This document shows positions 15,601 to 26,959 of a stretch of DNA of 64,000 nucleotides, one piece after another. The stretch is taken from positions 43,718 to 107,717 of the forward strand of contig NIVC01003277.1 in the NCBI GenBank assembly GCA_002269645.1. Direction: 5' to 3'. This DNA is from Macrostomum lignano (Eukaryota). Made by a program: the position numbers and the translations under genes. How positions within the stretch are numbered: the stretch's first letter is position 1; each line of letters begins with the position of its first letter. The notes beneath the pieces were generated by a model that did not search any database, had not been told where the DNA came from, and worked only from the letters and a program-made list of their open reading frames with translations.

Positions 15601-18600
15601 TTATTTGCATTCTATGGTATCAGTCCTTACCTTTTAGGCCATCACATAATACAAGCTTTCACTTCTTGCTTCAGTGTTTCCCATAGACTTCTACAACAGA
15701 TGCACTTGGCTTATCAAGCATCGAGTTTGTGTATTAAAGGGGTACTGTATAAAATGTCTCCTAGCATTTATCCGAAATTATTTGAGTAGAAACAGGCTAC
15801 AGGAAGTTGAAGAGGGATAAATTTTGTGTACATAGTGAAAAGCTGAAGCTCTTGCGATAAAACATAAGACCAGCAGAGAACAGAGAAAATCGGCCTCCAT
15901 CTTTTTTCTGCATGATTTGGCCGTTTCCCGTCCCGAGAATTGAGTAGTCCCTGCAGCAGCCATATACAGCAGTCATAGACAACAGCCATATACAGCAACC
16001 ATAGACAGCAGCCATAGACAGCAGCCATAGACAGCAGCCATAGACAGCAGCCATAGACAGCAGCCATAGACAATCTCTGCCATAGACAGCAGCCATAGAT
16101 AATCTCTGCCATAGACAGCAGCCATAGACAGCAGCCATAGACAACAGTCATAGACAACAGCCATATACAGCAACCATAGACAGCAGCCATAGACAGCAGC
16201 CATAGACAGCAGCCATAGACAGCAGCCATAGACAATCTCTGCCATAGACAGCAGCCATAGATAATCTCTGCCATAGACAACAGCCATAGATAATCTCTGC
16301 CATAGACAGCAGCCATATACAGCAACCATAGACAGCAGCCATAGACAGCAGCCATAGACAGTAGCCATAGACAGCAGCCATAGACAATCTCTGCCATAGA
16401 CAGCAGCCATATACAGCAGCCATAGACAACAGTCATAGACAACAGCCATATACAGCAACCATAGACAGCAGCCATAGACAGCAGTCATAGACAGCAGCCA
16501 TAGACAATCTCTGCCATAGACAGCAGCCATAGATAATCTCTGCCATAGACAGCAGCCATAGACAGCAGCCATAGACAACAGTCATAGACAACAGCCATAT
16601 ACAGCAACCATAGACAGCAGCCATAGACAGCAGCCATAGACAGCAGCCATAGACAGCAGCCATAGACAATCTCTGCCATAGATAGCAGCCATAGATAATC
16701 TCTGCCATAGACAACAGCCATAGATAATCTCTGCCATAGACAGCAGCCATAGACAACAGCCATAGACAATCTCTGCCATAGACAGCAGCCATAGATAATC
16801 TCTGCCATAGACAGCAGCCATAGACAATCTCTGCCATAGACAACAGCCATAGATAATCTCTGCCATAGACAGCAGCCATAGACAATCTCTGCCATAGGCC
16901 GCAGCCATAGACAATCTCTGCCATAGACAGCAGCCATAGACAATCTCTGCCATAGACAGCAGCCATAGACAACAGCCATAGACAATCTCTGCCATAGACA
17001 GCAGCCATAGACAACAGCCATAGACAATCTCTGCCATAGACAGCAGCCATAGACAATCTCTGCCATAGACAGCAGCCATAGACAATCTCTGCCATAGACA
17101 GCAGCCATAGAAATCTCTGCCATAGACAGCAGCCATAGACAATCTCTGCCATAGACAGCAGCCATAGACAATCTCTGCCATAGGCCGCAGCCGTTGGAAC
17201 TCTGCTGTAGAAAAATGCTTGATCCTACACTCTAAGCCTGAATCTGGGGTCAAAATCCTCCTGCTCTTTGAAAAAAAGCAAGATAGAATATTTTCAAGTC
17301 TAATAGCCTGCCTCCCGAACTTTAATTTCTTGACCGAACTTTAGGAGAAAAAAGTTGCATATACTGTACGAGCTATTTATTGTAAAACTGTTAAATTACA
17401 GGGTTTATAGGCAAAGTTGATCACTCATGCCTAGCGCACAAGTAATAGAGTTAAGTCTGCATGCATCATCCCAATTTTGATTAGTACCTTGTGCAGGATA
17501 CACGTGAGCTATTTGCTTCAATATCGCTAAACTCGTTAACGCAGTCGTATATTAGATAAAAATATCCATAGCCACTTCGTCTGCAGAGCTCTTTCATTCA
17601 TCCCACCGCTGCCCACCAGATACATCCCGTTAGCCAAATGAATTATCCCCCCCTTACCTTTGTAGTGCTCTGAGTCTTGCGGTTGGGCAGAAGGGCCACG
17701 CGGCAGTAGGGGTTGACCGATCCGGTGGAGCTGTCCTTTGGCTGCAGGTCGATGGTCTGAATGATGCGCACAGTCAGGATGCCGGTGTCCTCCCGGTAGC
17801 TGAGAGAGAAATTCAGCTGGCCGAGGTTCTCCTCCTGGATGCTCTGGATGGCGCTGGTCTGATTGTACTGCAATTTGGAGGGCGATTCTCCGGAAATGGC
17901 TGATGACTGAAAGGTACTTCTGCTCAACATCCGGGTGCCGATTTGTCTCCCTCAGTTTTATTGTGTGCGCCACCATGCCCTGGCTCTACTGCAGCCATTC
18001 AACATTGAACTGTGTTTGATTCTTTCTGAAGTCAATGCAACCTTTGTTCTTCCTGAATGGCATGCGGTTTAGATATTCTGTTTACGGATTTTCCCTGTGA
18101 ATACGAGGGTTGTGTCAAAGGTTTCTGGCAAGGGAATGCAGCCCCATGGCGCAAGACTAAAATGAAGCCCATGATTTTCAGCCCTCGCAAACAACTCTTC
18201 CGGAACTTCTGACACAATCATTCTTTTCCCAGCAGCTTTTAATGCACCACACGGTACTTCATCTCATGACTTTTCAGGTAAATCGTGCTTCGAAATAATT
18301 ATGATATAATTCCCGAACAAATTCTAAGCTGGTACTGCTCACTCAGGCTCACTTTAAGGCTAAAGGGCGCAAAAAGTCTTCCAAAAAGGGTGCTTTTTCC
18401 AGCCTCCCCCACCTGAGCCGTGCGCCTCCTTTTTCTCTTCTTAGCTTCTCCTGTGCTCGAGACCTGCAGCTCAGTGTGGCGCACCGGCCCACCTTTTCTC
18501 CCTTTCGTTTCCTCCCGGCTCATGTTTGCTTTTGCTGCAAAGAAAACTTTCTTTCGAGGATCATGCAGTTGAAAGCAAAGGCGCTCTCTGAAATTCTATC

Positions 18601-20765
18601 TCCAGCTCTGACGGACTCTTTGCTTCAATCTGATAAGGGGCAGCCGTTAACGAATGAGGGATGAAAAACTGCAATGCTGTCTTCGCTAAGACAGATGCTT
18701 TGGAGATGCTCAAAGTAAATGAATGCCGCTTTGAGCAATTTTATGAGCAGTGTTCTGAGTATTGATTGCGGACTGGATTGTGAGCACTGATATCTGTTCA
18801 TCCTATGCATTGCTATGAGAACTGCCGGTGAGCACTATGAGCACAGTCTGTGAGTACAATGAGCACTGCCGGTGAGCACTATGAGCACAGTCTGTGAGTA
18901 CAATGAGCACTGCCCCGTGATCACTATGAGCACTGCCCTGTGAGCATCATCATGAGCCCGGCATCAAAGCCAAACTCACCACCTTGCTGTACAGATCCGC
19001 ATTGATCTTCGAAGCGTCGATGGCGTCCTGCATGCTGGCTCTGCGTCGCTCCCTCCGATAGTCGCAACTGCCGCTCACCGCAATGCAGCCTCCTCCGGCG
19101 CATCCTCCGATCGCCAGTTTTGATGCCGAAGAGGAGGCCGCTTCCTCGTTGGTTGCCATGGAAACGGGAGCAATCGCCTCGCCCCGCGACCAACCAGAGA
19201 GGACAGTGAGCGGTGGCCTGGCGGGTCGGGGAGGGACAGGCATGTCAGATCAGAGCACAGCTGTCCTTGCAAACAGCCAATGGGACCGCACCGCCTGCTT
19301 GTGTGAGTCCGAAGGCCGGCAAAGGAAACGGAGATTTGCTGCTCAAAAAGCATCTGTGCTATGCGGGACAGGCAGTGCAGAGGGAAAATGCAACAGACTA
19401 AAGCTGTTTTGGAATTTATGACTCCCTTCTCGTTGTGAATTCGGGTCTTCTGCTCTTGCTTAATTTAATTCCTTTTTTCTATCATTTCCTGGCCGAAATC
19501 CCGGCGTTCTCTACGCTCGTACGAGGCGATTTCTCCCCCAGCTGCTGCTTTTATTTCTCAGAGCGAACGCAGAGGGATTGCCAGAATTTTTAGCTGAGCG
19601 TTATTTTCCTTGGATGATGTTGGAAAATGTCGAAGAATTTGCAAACGTCGATAAAAGACACTCTCCCTCGCCAACCCGAGTAACACTTCGGGTCTCTTAT
19701 CTCCTAACTGCGATTTGATGTTTGTCAGAGTTTGTCTACTAATTAGTAGAAAGTATAGAGTGTAGCGCTAAAAGCTTGCACGACGGGCAAAGAAATATCG
19801 CCGTGTTTGTGAGCAGGGAGTTGTAGCCCAATGGAGGGGGTTGTAGCCCAATGGAGGGGGTTGTAGCCCAATGGAGGGGGTTGTAGCCCAATGGAGGGGG
19901 TTGTAGCCCAGTGGAGGGGGGTTGTAGCCCAGTGGAGGGGGTTGTAGCCCAGTGGAGGGGGGTTGTAGCCCAGTGGAGGGGGTTGTACCTCAGTGGAGGG
20001 TTGTAGCCCAGTGGAGGGGGTTGTAGCCCAGTGGAGGGGGTTGTACCTCAGTGGAGGGTTGTAGCCCAGTGGAGGGGGTTGTAGCCAGTGGAGGGGGGTT
20101 GTAGCCCAGTGGAGGGGGTTGTACCTCAGTGGAGGGTTGTAGCCCAGTGGAGGGGGTTGTAGCTCAGTGGAGGGGGGTTGTAGCCCAGTGGAGGGGGTTG
20201 TAGCCCAGTGGAGGGGGTTGTAGCTCAGTGGAGGGGGTTGTAGCCAGTGGAAGGGGATTGTAGACCAGTGGTTAAAGCATCGGACTTACGACTTGAAAAT
20301 CGGGGGTTCGATTCCCGATCCCACTCGGAACAATTTGTGTCCTTGACCGAGACGCTTAACTCTGCATTGCTTCAGTTCTCCCAGCTGTAAAATGGATGCC
20401 AGAATTAGCTGGAGTAATTGAGGGTGTGTGTGGGCGACCCGGTTGCACATCTGGCCCAAACGGGGCAGGATTAATCAATCAAGAAACCGCTCCTGGCCGT
20501 AGCAGCTGGGTTTGACTTCACTTTCGTTAGCCAAGAGCTGACGATGCTGTGACATTTCGCAGTGCATTCAATTCCACCTCTTTGCCGGACAATGACACCG
20601 TGGGAAGTCAAACTCACCTGTGAGCTCCATACCGGACAAGGCGGACGCTGCCAGGCTCATGGCTCTTTGCCTGGCAACTGGCGGCCCGATCGGACTGTCT
20701 CCGTCCCTGTCTGTTTGAGGGGTCTGCGGCGACAGCGGTAGCGGGTTGGCTGCGGCAGCCGGATG
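9653..20765 (-). CDS. Synaptotagmin-like tandem C2 protein; exons (minus) ~20765-20618, 19217-18980, 17906-17658, 11045-10797, 10724-10604, 9981-9653
   Basis: C2A: LGQLNFSLSY..LTVRII..DLQPKD..VNPYCRVALLP..TK|VHKKTLRPEFEEAFIF..LEITVFDYD..DDCLGQVRLPL. C2B: IGDLMFSLSFL..RLGVSIIKARNL..KKKKTS..NPVWEEALVF..LEISV..VGRVYLG..ARWHRL. GT/AG junctions give consistent phases (2,0,0,0,1); the 5' edge of the 20765 exon is uncertain. Confidence 0.88.
11895..15953 (-). mobile_element. Complete P-superfamily (THAP transposase) DNA transposon, 4,059 bp, with 308-bp TIRs and an 8-bp TSD CAGCAGCC
   Basis: 11895-12202 is the reverse complement of 15646-15953 (ends CAGGGACTACTCAATTCTCGGG...); CAGCAGCC at 11887-11894 and 15954-15961; internal spliced transposase. 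Confidence 0.96.
12556..15494 (-). CDS. THAP-domain P-type transposase; exons 15494-15360, 15211-15067, 14975-13030, 12923-12556; about 864 aa if a single 1-nt deletion near 13710 is corrected
   Basis: THAP: MPRKCCVQSC..FTFP..KW..|..VCEKHW..PSVF. Catalytic core: LLFDEMYV, VCDNHPTN, DMVHLLKSIRNN, NTDPLEGEFGVYRQMSGG. C-terminal LYYIS|GYVA. Three GT-AG introns; frame switch at THG/ACYPN. Confidence 0.92.
15954..17190. repeat. Minisatellite of mixed 13-bp (CAGCAGCCATAGA) and 16-bp (CAATCTCTGCCATAGA) units; a few units remain left of the transposon (about 11840-11894)
   Basis: Seen directly; the array is split by the P element. Confidence 0.95.
18810..18945. repeat. Short tandem duplication (about 44 bp, GAGCACTGCCGGTGAGCACTATGAGCACAGTCTGTGAGTACAAT) beside the 18979 donor
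   Basis: Two full copies plus partial copies. Confidence 0.8.
19816..20270 (+). repeat. About 20-bp minisatellite GGAGGGGGTTGTAGCCCAGT derived from the 5' head of the adjacent SINE
   Basis: About 22 units; the last unit runs directly into the SINE tRNA-like region. Confidence 0.9.
20254..20480 (+). mobile_element. tRNA-derived (Val-like) SINE with a CORE-like central domain
   Basis: A-box-like TAGACCAGTGGT; CTTACGA loop; B-box GGTTCGATTCC (20305-20315); CCTTGACCGAGACGCTTAACTCTGCATTGCTTCAGTTCTCCCAGCTGTAAAATGG resembles the MIR/CORE consensus; related copy at 41597. Confidence 0.8.
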
Positions 20766-20834
20766 CTGGGAGCTCTGGCCTGCCGCTGCTGCAGTGTGGT
20801 TGAGGTTGGGTCATGGGTTATGCTTGGAGTAGCA

Positions 20835-22212
20835 AATTAGCTAAGAGTAGCAACGGGGAGCCATCGATTAGCAATGGGGAGCCATAGATTAGCAACAGGG
20901 AGCCAAAGATTAGCAACAGGGAGCCATAGATTAGCAATGAGGAGAGCCATAGATTAGCAACGGGGAGCCATAGATTAGCAACGGGGAGCCATAGATTAGC
21001 AATGAGGAGAGCCATAGATTAGCAACGGGGGTAGCCATAGATTAGCAACGGGGAGCCATAGATTAGCAACGGGGTAGCCATAGATTAGCAACGGGGAGCC
21101 ATAGATTAGCAACGGGGAGCCATAGATTAGCAACGGGGAGCCATAGATTAGCAACGGGGAGCCATAGATTAGCAACGGGGAGCCATAGATTAGCAACGGG
21201 GGAGCCATAGATTAGCAACGGGGAGCCATAGATTAGCAATGGGGAGCCATAGATTAGCAACAGGGAGCCATAGATTAGCAATGAGGAGAGCCATAGATTA
21301 GCATGGATGTAGAGCCATAGATTAGCAATGAGGAGAGCCATAGATTAGCATGGCTGTAGAGCCATAGATTAGCAATGAGGAGAGCCATAGATTAGCAACA
21401 GGAGCCATAGATTAGCAACAGGAGCCATAGATTAGTAACGGGGGAGCCATAGATTAGCAACAGGAGCCATAGATTAGCAATGGGGAGCCATAGATTAGCA
21501 ACAGGGAGCCATAGATTAGCAACAGGGAGCCATAGATTAGCAACAGGGAGCCATAGATTAGCAACAGGGAGCCATAGATTAGCAATGAGGAGAGCCATAG
21601 ATTAGCATGGCTGTAGAGCCATAGATTAGCAATGAGGAGAGCCATAGATTAGCATGGCTGTAGAGCCATAGATTAGCAATGAGGAGAGCCATAGATTAGC
21701 AACAGGAGCCATAGATTAGCAACGGGGTAGCCATAGATTAGCAACAGGAGCCATAGATTAGCAACGGGGGAGCCATAGATTAGTAACGGGAGCCATAGAT
21801 TAGCAACGGGAGCCATAGATTATCAATGAGGAGAGCCATAGATTAGCAACAGGAGCCATAGATTAGCAACGGGGAAGCCATAGATTAGCAACCGGGGAGC
21901 CATAGATTAGCAACCGGGGAGCCATAGATTAGTAACAGGAGCCATAGATTAGCAATGAGGAGAGCCATAGATTAGCAACAGGAGCCATAGATTAGCAACA
22001 GGAGCCATAGATTAGCAACGGGGAAGCCATAGATTAGCAACCGGGGAGCCATAGATTAGCAACCGGGGAGCCATAGATTAGTAACAGGAGCCATAGATTA
22101 GCAATGAGGAGAGCCATAGATTAGCAACAGGAGCCATAGATTAGCAACAGGAGCCATAGATTAGCAACGGGGAGCCATAGATTAGCAACGGGGGTAGCCA
22201 TAGATTAGCAAG
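20835..22212. repeat. About 21-bp minisatellite GAGCCATAGATTAGCAACGGG in a C2-gene intron
   Basis: About 60 variant units. Confidence 0.95.
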
Positions 22213-23080
22213 CCACCTCAGATTTAGAACGCAATGAACGCAGCAAAGCAGCCAATTCAAACTGGCATGATTAGGAAAAAATACTGTGGAAGCAAAGTTA
22301 ATTACTTCTAATTATTGAAGTTTCGGTCTATGGCATGGTTTGTCTACTTATAATAGCAGAAGAAGAATATTTTATTCCTTTTCTTATCCAGCATGCTCAA
22401 ATTTAACTTCGAAATCTGATGGAACTCATTCCAATCTCATTTTCTGTATTAGAAAAACATCTGCAGGATAATTCTCAATAGAAAAGGCAGGAAAGCTGCT
22501 GAATTCATAAAAACTGCTAGCGCATCCATTATCATTGACAATTTTTGAATAAGCCACTCCAGATTACCCCCCCCCCCTACTCAGAGAGCCGAAACAATGG
22601 CAGGCACACGAGGCACGCGGTAGTCTGTTTACGGAATCCAGCAGGGCATTGAATTCTGGGAATCTACATCGGCGGCCTTGCCGCTTCAGCGGTCCCGGGA
22701 GGAAAAACATTTAAAACAAAAAGCAGAGCAGCTTAACGAAATTTCCCTCCCCCCTTTTCAATAGAGATAATAAGAATCCTCTTCCTCACGGAGCAGAGTC
22801 GGGATTTTTTTTGGGGGGGGGGGAATTGGCGACAGGCTGAGGGCGGAGCCGAGCTGGCAGATTCCTGCTAGAGGATCTGCATCCTTCTCATGCGGGCTGC
22901 CGGAGGCGAGCCGTGGAGCTCTGGAACCATGCTGTCTGGATTGGAAACAGCAGACTGGGCTAAGCACAAGCCGAAGCTGAAATTTCTACTCCTTGATTAA
23001 ACTGCACTGAGTAGACTTACAAAATTTGTTATAAATTTAATGGCTTATTCAGAGGACACCTTCACAAATCGGCAACTTCA

Positions 23081-23176
23081 CTAGGGCTAGGGCTAGGGCT
23101 AGGATTAGGGTTAGGATTAGGGTTAGGATTAGGGTTAGGATTAGGATTAGGGTTAGGGTTAGGGTTAGGGTTAGGG
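23081..23176 (+). repeat. Interstitial telomere-like (TTAGGG/TTAGGA/CTAGGG)n block
   Basis: Seen directly; similar blocks at about 23812-23879, 42768-42826 (as CCCTAA), 45116-45145 and 48795-48828. Confidence 0.85.
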
Positions 23177-23179
23177 CTA

Positions 23180-23700
23180 CAGAAAGAGGTGCACCAACGC
23201 CCCTGGACTGCCGGCAATGCCGCGAGGCTGTCCCTGTCCTTTACCCGCCCTGCGCAGGGCCCTGCTTGGACTCAACCGCAAGGACATCAGGGCGTCGACC
23301 ATGGCCTTCTCGGGTCATGACTGCTTTGCCAGGTATCGTCAGCTCCAGGGAAAATCCGCAGTGAGGAATGCCCCTTCTGCCTCTCCGGTGTCGAGAATGC
23401 GGAGCACCTCATCTGTGAACTCCCCGCCTTTACTCAGGACCGGCTCAGGACAGAACCCGGACCTCTCCGACGTTTTTAGGCCCGAGAATCTCTGCCAGCT
23501 CGTCCGCTACCTAAGGGCTACCGGCGAGCGACAATCCACCTCCTGGACTCTCGGACACCGGCACCACCGGATCTCCCTGCGCGACACCGCAGCACCAGCT
23601 GCGCGTGGTCGCCAGGGGTTAGCGAAATGGGCGGAAACGCCTCCTCGCTGCATCCGGATGCACGGAGCCCCCTGCAGCTCTTACCCAACAATAGTCAAAA
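23180..23700 (+). mobile_element. 5'-truncated, frameshifted non-LTR retrotransposon 3' fragment (R1/LOA/I-group-like C-terminus)
   Basis: Across frames: [31 protein letters not shown], and the CCHC knuckle [17 protein letters not shown]. Confidence 0.75.
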
Positions 23701-24854
23701 GCTCCACCCACCAATCAAAGATATTTCTTCACTTCTTACTGTGAATTTCAAATAAGAAGTTTTGATTTATACAGGTGGAACTTTTGGCTGTTGCTGAGGA
23801 TAAGTCAAGTAGGGTTAAGACTAGTGCTAGGGCTAGCTAGGGTTAGGGTTAGGGATAGGACTGGCTAGGGCTAGGGTTGAAGTCTAATTGGCTATTTTCG
23901 AGCTGTACAGTTCAGGAACTACAAATCTGCAATGCTATCTTAGTAGGGTGTCTTCACCATGAGGGAAAGACAATGTGTGCTGCATTAAAACTGTCTCTTT
24001 TTTTGACAACAATATTACTTCAGTAGGAAAGAGCCCATTGAGATAGCTTGCGTGATTAATGAAACCTGCCACAAGGGCCGCGGTCAGGTCCGCCTTCCAG
24101 ACGCTGCGTCCAGAACTCCTTGTCCGAGCCTGTCTACTTGGTCGGGGACTCGGCCAGCAGGGGGGGGGGTAGAAAGGGGGGCAAATATTGGCTCCATCTG
24201 GGACCTGGAGTCTTCAGCAGGGGTGTCTTATCGCTGTGTGGCGAGCAGAAACTCGCAGAATCGAGCTGCGGCCTCCTCAACCCCCCTGCCGCCCCCAACA
24301 CCCGAGATGCCGGAAGACGCCAGGGCAGGAGATGAATGACTAAAAGTTAGCCCGAGGTAAAGAGGATGAGATGAATAATGGCGCTCGCACTGACTGACTG
24401 ACTGACCGAGCAGTTTAAGAATTGAGTAGCATGAAGGCTGCGGTTGACCTCAGGAACTGACAGGTCAAGCCCGCTGCTGCTGCCACCTGGCGGCCAGAAA
24501 TTGAAGCAATACCGATGCACTGTTCGAGCATTTTCTCACCTAAGCGACTTACTAGTGATTTCTTATTAGAGGCAGGGAGCTGTGTGCACCTGGTGCACTT
24601 TAAGCGACAAATTGTCACCCAACCGGCGAGAGGCATTACTGCCCATTCTGCCAACATACCCTGAGCAGACATACAGCGGCCCTAACTCGTACACACCACT
24701 GTGCTTTGGGGATTGGCCCTCAATGGCGTTTATTACACGAGCAGCGCCAAAGTCGATATTCCAAGAGCCTCAAATTATTATCTACAGTTTGGTTCTTACT
24801 CATGATAAACATAAAAAGGTAATGCCTAAGGGATAATTAATTACTTTAGAGATC

Positions 24855-25100
24855 CAATAAATCATCACTGAATCTCACCCTGGAGAATCTCTCATGACTG
24901 AATCTCACCCTAGAGAACCTCTCATCAATGAATCTCACCCTAGAGAATCTCTCATCAACCAATCTCACCCTGGAGAATCTTTCATCACTGAATCTCACCC
25001 TGGAGAATATTTCATCAATGAATCTCACCCTACAGAATATATTATCACTGAATCTCACCCTAGAGAATATTTTATCACTGAATCTCACCCTGGTAAATCT
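24855..25100. repeat. 30-bp tandem repeat AATCTCACCCTGGAGAATCTCTCATCACTG
   Basis: About 8 copies. Confidence 0.9.
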
Positions 25101-25469
25101 CGCGCCAGAGATTATGATTTATTAGAAAAAATCACGGTTAGAACGGAATGAAAACCGCTTTAATCTCTCATAAAATTGGTAAAAGGGCACCCTACCTCAG
25201 CCGGGCGGGATGAGGCAGAAAGGCTGGGCGTGACTGCTCTGCAAATTAATTTGACTAAGAGCAGCGTGGGCCCCCACCCCAGGTTGAATTCCCGAGCAGA
25301 GCGAACGCAAGTGAATCGAGTGAGTATGGCTTCTCAGAGTTCAGGGCTGCGTGAATTGAGTAGGGCTGGGTTCACATACGAGGGCTTGCTCGTAAGAATG
25401 CTGTAAATTCACTTAAGTTAATGGCGCCAACTTTTATGTCACAGGCACCACCATTTAGATGTCAAGTGG

Positions 25470-26520
25470 ACACATTTTGTGTTATGGGTGCCATTTTGTG
25501 TGTCATGGGTGCCATTTTGTGTGTCATGGGTGCCATTTTGTGTGATTGGTTGCCATTTTGTGTCATGGGTGCCATTTTGGGTGTCATGGCAGCCATTTTG
25601 TGTGATTGGTTGCCATTTTGTGTCATGGTTGCTATTTTGTGTGTCACGGGTGCCATTTTGTGTGTCATGGCTGCCATTTTGGCTGTCATGGCTGCTATTT
25701 TTTGGGTGTGCTGGGTGCCATTTTGTGTGTCATGGGTGCCATTTTGTGTGTCATGGGTGCCATTTTGTGTCATGGGTGCCATTTTGTGTGTCATGGGTGC
25801 CATTTTGGGTGTCATGGGTGCTATTTTCTGTTATTGGTTGCCATTTTGTGTCATGGGTGCCATTTTGTGTGTCATGGGTGCCATTTTGTGTGTCACGGGT
25901 GCCATTTTGAGTGCCATGGGTGCCATTTTGTGTGATTGGTTGCCATTTTGTGTGTCGTGGGTGCCATTTTGTGTGTCATGGGTGCCATTTTGGGTGTCAT
26001 GGGTGCCATTTTGTGTGATTGGTTGCCATTTTGTGTCATGGGTGCCATTTTGGGTGTCATGGGTGCCATTTTGTGTGATTGGTTGCCATTTTGTGTCATG
26101 GGTGCCATTTTGGGTGTCATGGTTGCTATTTTTTGAGTGTGATGGGTGCCATTTTGTGTGTCATGGCTGCCATTTTTTGGGTGTCATGGGTGCCATTTTG
26201 TGTGCCATTGGTGCCATTTTGTGTGTCATGGGTGCAATTTGGGTGTCATGGGTGCCATTTTGTGTGTCATGGGTGCCATTTTGTGTGTCATGGCTGCCAT
26301 TTTGTGTCACGGGTGCCATTTTGTGTGTCACGGGTGCCATTTTGTGTGTCATGGGTGCCATTTTGGGTGTCATGGCTGCCATTTTTTGGGTGTGCTGGGT
26401 GCCATTTTGTGTGCCATTGGTGCCATTTTGGGTGTCATGGCTGCCATTTTTTGGGTGTGCTGGGTGCCATTTTGTGTGCCATTGGTGCCATTTTGGGTGT
26501 CATGAGTGCCATTTTTGGAG
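25470..26520. repeat. 19-21-bp minisatellite GGGTGCCATTTTGTGTGTCAT
   Basis: About 50 variant units. Confidence 0.95.
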
Positions 26521-26959
26521 TAGTAGGCGTCATTTTTTAGCTTTAGTGCCGCGAAAATTGGGGAGCCGAAAATGCGCCTGCGGTGCTCTAACCCAGACCG
26601 GGTACGCTTCTGGCTTATCAAAGGAAAAATGAACTCAACACTCAGCTTGCCCCGAGAGGGGAAGAGAAATAGCCAGGTCGGTCGCCGAGGGGGCGGCCGC
26701 CCAACTGTGAAAAGCAGCTGCCGCCATTTTTCCCTTGAAGTTTTCTTTCGCTGCTTCCGCTGCCGACGGCTCATTAATTAAATTGGGGGGGGCTTGGCAA
26801 GGTAAGGCGAGGGCTCCGCATTGAGGCGAAGCCCGAAGTGAGCGGCGCAAGCTTCCAACGAAGCGCCAGGAGAAAATAAAATTTCTCCGAAAATGAGCGG
26901 CTTTGTTAGTAGAGAAATTAAAAAGGAGTAGGATACAAAAAAAATAGGAACAAAAATGT

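Noticed and set aside
15768-17253. Several long ORFs (MAAVYGCCLWLLS...)
   Set aside because: Translations of the 13/16-bp minisatellite, open in multiple frames.
20254-20325. Functional tRNA-Val gene (also 41597-41670)
   Set aside because: Acceptor and anticodon stems pair poorly, no oligo-T terminator follows, and the sequence continues into a shared SINE body.
25421-26632. 403-aa Cys/Val/Trp-rich ORF and overlapping ORFs
   Set aside because: Minisatellite translation, open in all frames, no unique domain.
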